Source: Eledone cirrhosa (Eukaryota). Taken from it: DNA of 64,000 nt. The position numbers and the translations under genes were made by a program. Under the pieces are notes generated by a model, which saw only the letters and a list, made by a program, of their open reading frames with translations, ran no database searches and was not told where the DNA came from. The stretch covers positions 139,686,001 through 139,750,000 of the forward strand of contig OZ024743.1 of NCBI GenBank assembly GCA_964016885.1. Direction: 5' to 3'. Positions 14,420 through 28,619 of this stretch are shown piece by piece (position 1 is the stretch's first letter; every line of letters starts with the position of its first letter).

Positions 14420-17400
14420 AGCACTAAGCACCAAACACCAAACAGCAAGCATCAGGCACCAAGCACCAAACACCAAGCACCAAGCACCAAACACCAAGCA
14501 CCAAGACCGAAGCACCAAACACCAAGCACCAAGCACAAAGCACCAAGCACCAAGCACCAAAAACCAAACACCAAGCACCAAGTACCAAACACCAAGCACT
14601 AAGCACCAAACACCAAGCACCAAGCACCAATCACCAAACACCAAGAACCAAGCACCAAACACCAAGCACCAAGCACCAAGCACCAGGCACCAAGCACCAA
14701 GCACCAAACACAAAACACCAAGCACCAAGAACCAAGCAGCAAACACCAAGCATCAAACACCAAACACCAAATACCAAGCACCAAACACCAAGCACCAAGC
14801 ACCAAACACCAAACACCAAGCACCAAGCACCAAGCACCAAACACCAAACACCAAGCACCAAACACCAGATACCAAGCACCAAGCACCAAACACCAAACTC
14901 CAAGCACCAAGCACCAAACACCAAACAACAAGCACCAGGCACCAAACACCAAACACCAAGCACCAAGCACCAAACACCAACCACCAAACACAAAGCACCA
15001 AGCACCAAACACCAAGCACCAAGCACCAAACACCAAGCACCAAGCACCAAACACCAAACCCCAAGCACCAAGCACCAAACACTAATCACCAAGCACCAAG
15101 CACCAAATAACAAGCACCAAGCACCAAGCACCAGGCACCAAGCAGCAAGCACCAAACACTAATCACCAAGCACCAAGCACCAAGCACCAAACACCAAGCA
15201 CCAAGCACCAAACACCAAACACCAAGATCCAAAGACCAAGCACCAAGCCCCAAGCACCAAGCACCAGAAAATAAGCACCAAGCACCAAACACCAAGCACC
15301 AAGCACCAAACACCAAGCACCCAGCACCAAGCACCAAGCACCAAACACCAAGCACCAAACACCAAACACCAAGCACCAAGCACCAAGCGCCAAGCACCAA
15401 ACACCAAGCACCAAGCACTAAGCACCAAACACCAAGCCCCAAGCAGCAAGCACTAAACACCAAACACCAAGCACCAAGCACCAAACACCAAGCACCAAGC
15501 ACCAAGCACCTAGCACCAAACACCAAACACCAAGCACCAAGCACCAAACACCAAGCACCAATCACCAAGCACCAAACACCAAGCAGCAAGCAGCAAGCAC
15601 CAAACACCAAACACCAAGCACCAAGCACCAAACACCAAGCACCAAGGACCACACATCAAACACCAAGCACCAAGCACCAAACACCTAACACCAAGCACCA
15701 AGCACCAAGCACCAAGCACCAAGCACCGAACACCAAGCACCAAACACCAAGCACCAAACACCAAGCACCAAGCACCAAACACCAAGCACCAAACACCAAG
15801 CACCAAACACCAAGCACCAAAAACCAAACACCAAGCACCAACTACTAAACACCAAGCACCAAGCACCAAACACCAAGCACCAAGCACCAAAAACCAAACA
15901 CCAAGAACCAAGCAGCAAACACCAAGCACCAAGGACCAAGCACCAGGCACCAAGCACCAAGCACCAAACACAAAACACCAAGCACCAAGCACCAAGCAGC
16001 AAACACCAAGCATCAAACACTAAACACCAAACACCAAGCACCAAACACCAAGCACAAAGCACCAAACACCAGACACCAAGCACCAAGCACCAAACAACAA
16101 GCACCAGGCACCAGGCACCAAGCACCAAACACCAAACACCAAGCACGCAGCATCAAACACCAAGCACCAAGCACAAAGCACCAAACACCAAGCACCAAGC
16201 ACCAAGCACCAAGCACCAAACACCAAACACCAAGCACCAAACACCAGCCACCATGCACCACGCACCAAACACCAAACACCAAGCACTAAGCACCAGACAC
16301 CAAACAACAAGCACCAGGCACCAAGCACCAAACACCAGACACCAAGCACGCATCACCAAGCACCAAGCACCAAGCACCAAACACCAAGCACCAAGCACCA
16401 AGCACCAAACATCAAACACCAAACACCAAGCACCAAGCACCAAACACCAAGCACCAAACACCAAACCCCAAGCACCAATCACAAAACACTAATCACCAAG
16501 CACCAAGCACCAAACACCGAGCACCAAGCATCAAGCACCAAACACCAAGCACCAAGCACCAAGCACCAAACACCAAGCACCAAGCACCAAACACCAAACC
16601 CCAAGCACCAAAGACCAAGCACCAAGCACCAAGGACCAAACACCAAGCACCAAGGACCAAGCAACAAACACCAAGCACCAAGCACCAAACACCCAGCACC
16701 AAGCACCAAGCACCAAACACCAAACACCAAGCACGCAGCATCAAACACCAAGCACCAAGCACCAAGCACCAAGCACCAATTACCAAACACCAACCACCAA
16801 GCACCAAACACCAAACAACAATCACCAAGCACCAAGCACGAAACACCAGGCACCAAGCACCAAGTACCAAACACCAAACACCAAGCACCAAACACCAGCC
16901 ACCAAGCACCAAGCACCAAACACCAAACACCAAGCACTAAGCACCAAACACCAAACAGCAAGCACCAGGCACCAAGCACCAAACACCAAACACCAAGCAC
17001 GCGGCACCAAACACCAAGCACCAAGCACCAAGCACCAAACACCAAGCACCAAGCACCAAGCACCAAACACCAAAACCAAGCACCAAGCACCAAGAATCAA
17101 ACACCAAACACCAAACAGCAAGCACCAAGCACCAAACACCAAGCACCAAACACCAAACACCAAGCACTAAGCACCAAACACCAAACAACAAGCACCAGGC
17201 ACCAAGCACCAAACACCAAATACCAAGCACGCAGCACCAAACACCAAGCACCAAGCACCAAACACCAAGCACCAAGCACCAAGCACCAAACACCAAACAC
17301 CAAACACCAAGCACCAAGAACCAAACACCAAACACCAAACAGCAGGCACCAAGCACCAAACACCAAGCACCAATCACCAAACACTAATCACCAAGCACCA

Positions 17401-18520
17401 AGCCCCAAACACCAAGCACCAAGCAGCAAGCACCAAACACCAAGCACCAATAACCAAACACCAAGCACCAAACACCAAGCACCAAGCACCAAGGACCAAA
17501 CCCCAAGCACCTAACACCAAGCACCAAGCACCAAGGACCAAACACCAAGCACCAAGCACCAAACACCAAACACCAAACAACAAGCATCAAGCACCAAACA
17601 GCAAGCACCAAACACCAAGCACCAAACACCAAGCACCAAACACAAAGTCCCACGCACCAAGCACCAAACACCAAACACCAAGCACCAAGCACCAAACACC
17701 AAGCACCAAGCACCAAGCCCCTAGCACCAAACACCAAACACCAAGCAAAAACCACAAAACACCAAGCACCAATCACCAAGCACCAAACACCAAGCAGCAA
17801 GCAGCAAGCACCAAACACGAACGACCAAGCACCAAGCACCAAATACCAAACACCAAGCACCAAGGACCAAACATCAAACACCAAGCACCAAGCACCAAAC
17901 GCCTAACACCAAGCACCAAGCACCAAGCACCAAGCACCAAACACCAAGCACCAATCACCAAACACCAAGCACCAAGCACCAAACACCAAGCACCAGGCAC
18001 CAAGCAGCAAACACCAAGCACCAAGCACCAAACCCCAAGCACCAAGCACCAAACAACAAGCACCAAGCACCAAGCACCAGGCACCAAGCACCAAGCACCA
18101 AACACTAATCACCAAGCACCAAGTACCAAACACCAAACACCAAGCACCAAACACCAAACACCAAGCACCAATCACCAAGCACGAAACACCAGGCACCAAG
18201 CACCAAGCACCAAACACCAAACACCAAGCACCAAACACCAGCCACCAAGCAGCAAGCACCAAACACCAAACACCAAGCACTAAGCACCAAACACCAAACA
18301 ACAAGCACCAGGCACCAAGCACCAAACACCAAACACCAAGCACGCATCACCAAACACCAAGCACCAAGCACCAAGCACCAAAAACCAAGCACCAAGCACC
18401 AAGCACCAAAAACCAAACACCAAACACCAAGCACCAAGAACCAAACACCAAACACCAAACAGCAAGCACCAAGCACCAAACACCAAGCACCAAACACCAA
18501 ACCCCAAGCACCAATCACCA
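14420..18520 (+). repeat. Third, rearranged copy of the left-domain HOR
   Basis: ORF 16479..17093 nearly matches 8663..9277. It shares the accaag 6-mer (17075) but has a normal 7-mer at about 15430, where the other two copies have tccaag. Confidence 0.8.
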
Positions 18521-18823
18521 AACACTAATCACCAAGCACCAAGCACCAAACACCGAGCACCAAACACCAAGCACCAAGCACCAAACACCAAACCCCAACC
18601 ACCATAGACCAAGCACCAAGCACCAAAGAACAAACACCAAGCACCATGCACCAAGCACCAAACACCAAGCACCAAGCACCAAACACCCAGCACCAAGCAC
18701 CAAGCATCAAACAACAAGCACCAAGCACCAAACACCAAACACCAAACACCAAGCACCAAGCACCAAACAGCAAGCCCCTAACACCAAACACCAAGCACCA
18801 AACACCAAACCCCAAGCACCAAT

Positions 18824-21800
18824 CACAAAACACTAATCACCAAGCACCAAGCACCAAACACCGAGCACCAAGCATCAAGCACCAAACACCAAGCACCAAG
18901 CACCAAGCACCAAGCACCAAACACCAAGCACCAAGCACCAAACACCAAACCCCAAGCACCAAAGACCAAGCACCAAGCACCAAGGACCAAACACCAAGCA
19001 CCAAGGACCAAGCAACAAACACCAAGCACCAAGCACCAAACACCCAGCACCAAGCACCAAGCACCAAACACCAAACACCAAGCACGCAGCATCAAACACC
19101 AAGCACCAAGCACCAAGCACCAAGCACCAATTACCAAACACCAACCACCAAGCACCAAACACCAAACACCAATCACCAAGCACCAAGCACGAAACACCAG
19201 GCACCAAGCACCAAGTACCAAACACCAAACACCAAGCACCAAACACCAGCCACCAAGCACCAAGCACCAAACACCAAACACCAAGCACTAAGCACCAAAC
19301 ACCAAACGGCAAGCACCAGGCACCAAGCACCAAACACCAAACACCAAGCACGCAGCACCAAACACCAAGCACCAAGCACCAAGCACCAAACACCAAGCAC
19401 CAAGCACCAAGCACCAAGCACCAAACACCAAGCACCAAGCACCAAGAATCAAACACCAAACACCAAACAGCAAGCACCAAGCACCAAACACCAAGCACCA
19501 AACACCAAACACCAAGCACTAAGCACCAAACACCAAACAACAAGCACCAGGCACCAAGCACCAAACACCAAACACCAAGCACGCAGCACCAAGCACCAAG
19601 CACCAAACACCAAACACCAAACACCAAGCACCAAGAACCAAACACCAAACACCAAACAGCAGGCACCAAGCACCAAACACCAAGCACCAATCACCAAACA
19701 CTAATCACCAAGCACCAAGCCCCAAACACCAAGCACCAAGCAGCAAGCACCAAACACCAAGCACCAAGCACCAAACACCAAGCACCAAACACCAAGCACC
19801 AAGCACCAAACAACAAACCCCAAGCACCTAACACCAAGCACCAAGCACCAAGGACCAAACACCAAGCACCAAGCACCAAACACCAAACACCAAACAACAA
19901 GCATCAAGCACCAAACAGCAAGCACCAAGCACCAAGCACCAAACACCAAGCACCAAGCACCAAGCCCCTAGCACCAAACACCAAACACCAAGCAAAAAGC
20001 ACAAAACACCAAGCACCAATCACCAAGCACCAAACACCAAGCAGCAAGCAGCAAGCACCAAACACGAACGACCAAGCACCAAGCACCAAATACCAAACAC
20101 CAAGCACCAAGGACCAAACATCAAACACCAAGCACCAAGCACCAAACGCCTAACACCAAGCACCAAGCACCAAGCACCAAGCACCAAACACCAAGCACCA
20201 ATCACCAAACACCAAGCACCAAGCACCAAACACCAAGCACCAGGCACCAAGCAGCAAACACCAAGCACCAAGCACCAAACACCAAGCACCAAACACAAAG
20301 CACCAAGCACCAAACACCAAACCCCAAGCACCAAACACCAAACCTCAAGCACCAAGCACAAAACACTAATCACCAAGCACCAAGCACCAGACAACAAGCA
20401 CCAAGCACCAAGCACCAGGCACCAAGCACCAAGCACCAAACACTAATCACCAAGCACCAAGTACCAAACACCAAACACCAAGCACCAAACACCAAACACC
20501 AAGCACCAATCACCAAGCACGAAACACCAGGCACCAAGCACCAAGCACCAAACACCAAACACCAAGCACCAAACACCAGCCACCAAGCAGCAAGCACCAA
20601 ACACCAAACACCAAGCACTAAGCACCAAACACCAAACAACAAGCACCAGGCACCAAGCACCAAACACCAAACACCTAGCACGCATCACCAAACACCAAGC
20701 ACCAAGCACCAAGCACCAAAAACCAAGCACCAAGCACCAAGCACCAAAAACCAAACACCAAACACCAAGCACCAAGAACCAAACACCAAACACCAAACAG
20801 CAAGCACCAAGCACCAAACACCAAGCACCAAACACCAAACCCCAAGCACCAATCACCAAACACTAATCACCAAGCACCAAGCACCAAACACCGAGCACCA
20901 CACACCAAGCACCAAGCACCAAACACCAAACCCCAACCACCATAGACCAAGCACCAAGCACCAAAGAACAAACACCAAGCACCAAACACCAAACCCCAAG
21001 CACCTAACACCAAGCACCAAGCACCAAGGACCAAACACCAAGCACCAAGCACCAAACACCAAACACCAAACAACAAGCATCAAGCACCAAACAGCAAGCA
21101 CCAAGCACCAAGCACCAAACACCAAGCACCAAGCACCAAGCCCCTAGCACCAAACACCAAACACCAAGCAAAAAGCACAAAACACCAAGCACCAATCACC
21201 AAGCACCAAACACCAAGCAGCAAGCAGCAAGCACCAAACACGAACGACCAAGCACCAAGCACCAAATACCAAACACCAAGCACCAAGGACCAAACATCAA
21301 ACACCAAGCACCAAGCACCAAACGCCTAACACCAAGCACCAAGCACCAAGCACCAAGCACCAAACACCAAGCACCAATCACCAAACACCAAGCACCAAGC
21401 ACCAAACACCAAGCACCAGGCACCAAGCAGCAAACACCAAGCACCAAGCACCAAACACCAAGCACCAAACACAAAGCACCAAGCACCAAACACCAAACCC
21501 CAAGCACCAAACACCAAACCTCAAGCACCAAGCACAAAACACTAATCACCAAGCACCAAGCACCAAACAACAAGCACCAAGCACCAAGCACCAGGCACCA
21601 AGCACCAAGCACCAAACACTAATCACCAAGCACCAAGTACCAAACACCAAACACCAAGCACCAAACACCAAACACCAAGCACCAATCACCAAGCACGAAA
21701 CACCAGGCACCAAGCACCAAGCACCAAACACCAAACACCAAGCACCAAACACCAGCCACCAAGCAGCAAGCACCAAACACCAAACACCAAGCACTAAGCA

Positions 21801-24800
21801 CCAAACACCAAACAACAAGCACCAGGCACCAAGCACCAAACACCAAACACCAAGCACGCATCACCAAACACCAAGCACCAAGCACCAAGCACCAAAAACC
21901 AAGCACCAAGCACCAAGCACCAAAAACCAAACACCAAACACCAAGCACCAAGAACCAAACACCAAACAGCAAGCACCAAGCACCAAACACCAAGCACCAA
22001 ACACCAAACCCCAAGCACCAATCACCAAACACTAATCACCAAGCACCAAGCAGCAAACACCGAGCACCACACACCAAGCTCCAAGCACCAAACACCAAAC
22101 CCCAACCACCATAGACCAAGCACCAAGCACCAAAGAACAAACACCAAGCACCAAACACCAAACACCAAACACCAAGCACCAAGCACTAAACAGCAAGCAC
22201 CAAACACCAAACACCAAACAGCAAACACCAAACAGCAAACACCAAACACCAAACAGCAAACAGCAAACGCCAAACACCAAGCACCAAGCACCAAGCACCA
22301 AACACCAAGCACCAAGCACCAAGCACAAAACACCAAACACCAAGCACCAAGGACCAAACATCAAACACCAAGCACCAAGCACCAAACACCAAACACCAAG
22401 CACCAAACACCAAGCACCAAACACCAAGCACCAAACACCAAGCACCAAACACCAAACACCAAGCACCAAGCACCAAACACCAAACACCAAACACCAAGCA
22501 CCAAGCACCAAACAGCAAGCCCCAAACACCAAACACCAAGCACCAAACACCAAACCCCAAGCACCAGTCACAAAACACTAATCACCAAGCACCAAGCACC
22601 AAACACCGAGCACCAAGCATCAAGCACCAAACACCAAGCACCAAGCACCAAGCACCAAGCACCAAACACCAAGCACCAAGCACCAAACACCAAACCCCAA
22701 GCACCAAAGACCAAGCACCAAGCACCAAGGACCAAACACCAAGCACCAAGGACCAAGCAACAAACACCAAGCACCAAGCACCAAGCACCCAGCACCAAGC
22801 ACCAAGCACCAAACACCAAACACCAAGCACGCAGCATCAAACACCAAGCACCAAGCACCAAGCACCAAGCACCAATTACCAAACACCAACCACCAAGCAC
22901 CAAACACCAAACACCAATCACCAAGCACCAAGCACGAAACACCAGGCACCAAGCACCAAGTACCAAACACCAAACACCAAGCACCAAACACCAGCCACCA
23001 AGCACCAAGCACCAAACACCAAACACCAAGCACTAAGCACCAAACACCAAACGGCAAGCACCAGGCACCAAGCACCAAACACCAAACACCAAGCACGCAG
23101 CACCAAACACCAAGCACCAAGCACCAAGCACCAAACACCAAGCACCAAGCACCAAGCACCAAACAACAAACACCAAGCACCAAGCACCAAGAATCAAACA
23201 CCAAACACCAAACAGCAAGCACCAAGCACCAAACACCAAGCACCAAACACCAAACACCAAGCACTAAGCACCAAACACCAAACAACAAGCACCAGGCACC
23301 AAGCACCAAACACCAAAAACCAAACACCAAACACCAAGCACCAAGCACCAAACACCAAACACCAAACACCAAGCACCAAGAACCAAACACCAAACACCAA
23401 ACAGCAGGCACCAAGCACCAAACACCAAGCACCAATCACCAAACACTAATCACCAAGCACCAAGCCCCAAACACCAAGCACCAAGCAGCAAGCACCAAAC
23501 GCCAAGCACCAAGCACCAAACACCAAGCACCAAACACCAAGCACCAAGCACCAAACACCAAACCCCAAGCACCTAACACCAAGCACCAAGCACCAAGGAC
23601 CAAACACCAAGCACCAAGCACCAAACACCAAACACCAAACAACAAGCATCAAGCACCAAACAGCAAGCACCAAGCACCAAGCACCAAACACCAAGCACCA
23701 AGCACCAAGCCCCTAGCACCAAACACCAAACACCAATCAAAAAGCACAAAACACCAAGCACCAATCACCAAGCACCAAACACCAAGCAGCTAGCAGCAAG
23801 CACCAAACACGAACGACCAAGCACCAAGCACCAAATACCAAACACCAAGCACCAAGGACCAAACATCAAACACCAAGCACCAAGCACCAAACGCCTAACA
23901 CCAAGCACCAAGCACCAAGCACCAAACACCAAGCACCAATCACCAAACACCAAGCACCAAGCACCAAACACCAAGCACCAGGCACCAAGCAGCAAACACC
24001 AAGCACCAAGCACCAAACACCAAGCACCAAACACAAAGCACCAAGCACCAAACACCAAACCCCAAGCACCAAACACCAAACCTCAAGCACCAAGCACAAA
24101 ACACTAATCACCAAGCACCAAGCACCAAACAACAAGCACCAAGCACCAAGCACCAGGCACCAAGCACCAAGCACCAAACACTAATCACCAAGCACCAAGT
24201 ACCAAACACCAAACACCAAGCACCAAACACCAAACACCAAGCACCAATCACCAAGCACGAAACACCAGGCACCAAGCACCAAGCACCAAACACCAAACAC
24301 CAAGCACCAAACACCAGCCACCAAGCAGCAAGCACCAAACACCAAACACCAAGCACTAAGCACCAAACACCAAACAACAAGCACCAGGCACCAAGCACCA
24401 AACACCAAACACCAAGCACGCATCACCAAACACCAAGCACCAAGCACCAAGCACCAAAAACCAAGCACCAAGCACCAAGCACCAAAAACCAAACACCAAA
24501 CACCGAGCACCAAGAACCAAACACCAAACAGCAAGCACCAAGCACCAAACACCAAGCACCAAACACCAAACCCCAAGCACCAATCACCAAACACTAATCA
24601 CCAAGCACCAAGCACCAAACACCGAGCACCACACACCAAGCTCCAAGCACCAAACACCAAACCCCAACCACCATAGACCAAGCACCAAGCACCAAAGAAC
24701 AAACACCAAGCACCAAACACCAAACACCAAACACCAAGCACCAAGCACTAAACAGCAAGCACCAAACACCAAACACCAAACAGCAAACACCAAACAGCAA

Positions 24801-27800
24801 ACACCAAACACCAAACAGCAAACAGCAAACGCCAAACACCAAGCACCAAGCACCAAGCACCAAACACCAAGCACCAAGCACCAAGCACAAAACACCAAAC
24901 ACCAAGCACCAAGGACCAAACATCAAACACCAAGCACCAAGCACCAAACACCAAACACCAAGCACCAAACACCAAGCACCAAACACCAAGCACCAAACAC
25001 CAAGCACCAAACACCAAACACCAAGCACCAAGCACCAAACACCAAACACCAAACACCAAGCACCAAGCACCAAACAGCAAGCCCCAAACACCAAACACCA
25101 AGCACCAAACACCAAACCCCAAGCACCAATCACAAAACACTAATCACCAAGCACCAAGCACCAAACACCGAGCACCAAGCATCAAGCACCAAACACCAAG
25201 CACCAAGCACCAAGCACCAAGCACCAAACACCAAGCACCAAGCACCAAACACCAAACCCCAAGCACCAAAGACCAAGCACCAAGCACCAAGGACCAAACA
25301 CCAAGCACCAAGGACCAAGCAACAAACACCAAGCACCAAGCACCAAACACCCAGCACCAAGCACCAAGCACCAAACACCAAACACCAAGCACGCAGCATC
25401 AAACACCAAGCACCAAGCACCAAGCACCAAGCACCAATTACCAAACACCAACCACCAAGCACCAAACACCAAACACCAATCACCAAGCACCAAGCACGAA
25501 ACACCAGGCACCAAGCACCAAGTACCAAACACCAAACACCAAGCACCAAACACCAGCCACCAAGCACCAAGCACCAAACACCAAACACCAAGCACTAAGC
25601 ACCAAACACCAAACGGCAAGCACCAGGCACCAAGCACCAAACACCAAACACCAAGCACGCAGCACCAAACACCAAGCACCAAGCACCAAGCACCAAACAC
25701 CAAGCACCAAGCACCAAGCACCAAACACCAAACACCAAGCACCAAGCACCAAGAATCAAACACCAAACACCAAACAGCAAGCACCAAGCACCAAACACCA
25801 AGCACCAAACACCAAACACCAAGCACTAAGCACCAAACACCAAACAACAAGCACCAGGCACCAAGCACCAAACACCAAAAACCAAACACCAAACACCAAG
25901 CACCAAGCACCAAACACCAAACACCAAACACCAAGCACCAAGAACCAAACACCAAACACCAAACAGCAGGCACCAAGCACCAAACACCAAGCACCAATCA
26001 CCAAACACTAATCACCAAGCACCAAGCCCCAAACACCAAGCACCAAGCAGCAAGCACCAAACACCAAGCACCAAGCACCAAACACCAAGCACCAAACACC
26101 AAGCACCAAGCACCAAACACCAAACCCCAAGCACCTAACACCAAGCACCAAGCACCAAGGACCAAACACCAAGCACCAAGCACCAAACACCAAACACCTA
26201 ACAACAAGCATCAAGCACCAAACAGCAAGCACCAAGCACCAAGCACCAAACACCAAGCACCAAGCACCAAGCCCCTAGCACCAAACACCAAACACCAAGC
26301 AAAAAGCACAAAACACCAAGCACCAATCACCAAGCACCAAACACCAAGCAGCTAGCAGCAAGCACCAAACACGAACGACCAAGCACCAAGCACCAAATAC
26401 CAAACACCAAGCACCAAGGACCAAACATCAAACACCAAGCACCAAGCACCAAACGCCTAACACCAAGCACCAAGCACCAACACCAAACACCAAGCACCAA
26501 TCACCAAACACCAAGCACCAAGCACCAAACACCAAGCACCAGGCACCAAGCAGCAAACACCAAGCACCAAGCACCAAACACCAAGCACCAAACACAAAGC
26601 ACCAAGCACCAAACACCAAACCCCAAGCACCAAACACCAAACCTCAAGCACCAAGCACAAAACACTAATCACCAAGCACCAAACAACAAGCACCAAGCAC
26701 CAAGCACCAGGCACCAAGCACCAAGCACCAAACACTAATCACCAAGCACCAAGTACCAAACACCAAACACCAAGCACCAAACACCAAACACCAAGCACCA
26801 ATCACCAAGCACGAAACACCAGGCACCAAGCACCAAGCGCCAAAGACCAAACACCAAGCACCAAACACCAGCCACCAAGCAGCAAGCACCAAACACCAAA
26901 CACCAAGCACTAAACACCAAACACCAAACAACAAGCACCAGGCACCAAGCACCAAACACCAAACACCAAGCACGCATCACCAAACACCAAGCACCAAGCA
27001 CCAAGCACCAAAAACCAAGCACCAAGCACCATGCACCAAAAACCAAACACCAAACACCAAGCACCAAGAACCAAACACCAAACACCAAACAGCAAGCACC
27101 AAGCACCAAACACCAAGCACCAAACACCAAACCCCAAGCACCAATCACCAAACACTAATCACCAAGCACCAAGCACCAAACACCGAGCACCACACACCAA
27201 GCACCAAGCACCAAACACCAAACCCCAACCACCATAGACCAAGCACCAAGCACCAAAGAACAAACACCAAGCACCAAACACCAAACCCCAAGCACCTAAC
27301 ACCAAGCACCAAGCACCAAGGACCAAACACCAAGCACCAAGCACCAAACACCAAACACCAAACAACAAGCATCAAGCACCAAACAGCAAGCACCAAGCAC
27401 CAAGCACCAAACACCAAGCACCAAGCACCAAGCCCCTAGCACCAAACACCAAACACCAAGCAAAAAGCACAAAACACCAAGCACCAATCACCAAGCACCA
27501 AACACCAAGCAGCAAGCAGCAAGCACCAAACACGAACGACCAAGCACCAAGCACCAAATACCAAACACCAAGCACCAAGGACCAAACATCAAACACCAAG
27601 CACCAAGCACCAAACGCCTAACACCAAGCACCAAGCACCAAGCACCAAGCACCAAACACCAAGCACCAATCACCAAACACCAAGCACCAAGCACCAAACA
27701 CCAAGCACCAGGCACCAAGCAGCAAACACCAAGCACCAAGCACCAAACACCAAGCACCAAACACAAAGCACCAAGCACCAAACACCAAACCCCAAGCACC

Positions 27801-28600
27801 AAACACCAAACCTCAAGCACCAAGCACAAAACACTAATCACCAAGCACCAAGCACCAAACAACAAGCACCAAGCACCAAGCACCAGGCACCAAGCACCAA
27901 GCACCAAACACTAATCACCAAGCACCAAGTACCAAACACCAAACACCAAGCACCAAACACCAAACACCAAGCACCAATCACCAAGCACGAAACACCAGGC
28001 ACCAAGCACCAAGCACCAAACACCAAACACCAAGCACTAAACACCAGCCACCAAGCAGCAAGCACCAAACACCAAACACCAAGCACTAAGCACCAAACAC
28101 CAAACAACAAGCACCAGGCACCAAGCACCAAACACCAAACACCAAGCACGCATCACCAAACACCAAGCACCAAGCACCAAGCACCAAAAACCAAACACCA
28201 AACACCAAGCACCAAGAACCAAACACCAAACACCAAACAGCAAGCACCAAGCACCAAACACCAAGCACCAAACACCAAACCCCAAGCACCAATCACCAAA
28301 CACTAATCACCAAGCACCAAGCACCAAACACCGAGCACCACACACCAAGCTCCAAGCACCAAACACCAAACCCCAACCACCATAGACCAAGCACCAAGCA
28401 CCAAAGAACAAACACCAAGCACCAAACACCAAACACCAAACACCAAGCACCAAGCACTAAACAGCAAGCACCAAACACCAAACACCAAACAGCAAACACC
28501 AAACAGCAAACACCAAGCACCAAGCACCAAGCACCAAACACCAAGCACCAACCACAAAACACCAAACACCAAGCACCAAGGACCAAACATCAAACACCAA
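18824..28600 (+). repeat. Modular HOR block A-B-B'-C / A-B-C / A-B-B'-C' (periods 1176, 2562, 3745, about 6300)
   Basis: ORF pairs 20020/21196 and 20370/21546 (1176); 22022/24584, 22568/25130 and 23436/25998 (2562); 18823/22568 (3745); 20853/27145 and 21196/27488 (6292). Confidence 0.9.
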
Positions 28601-28619
28601 GCACCAAGCACCAAACACC

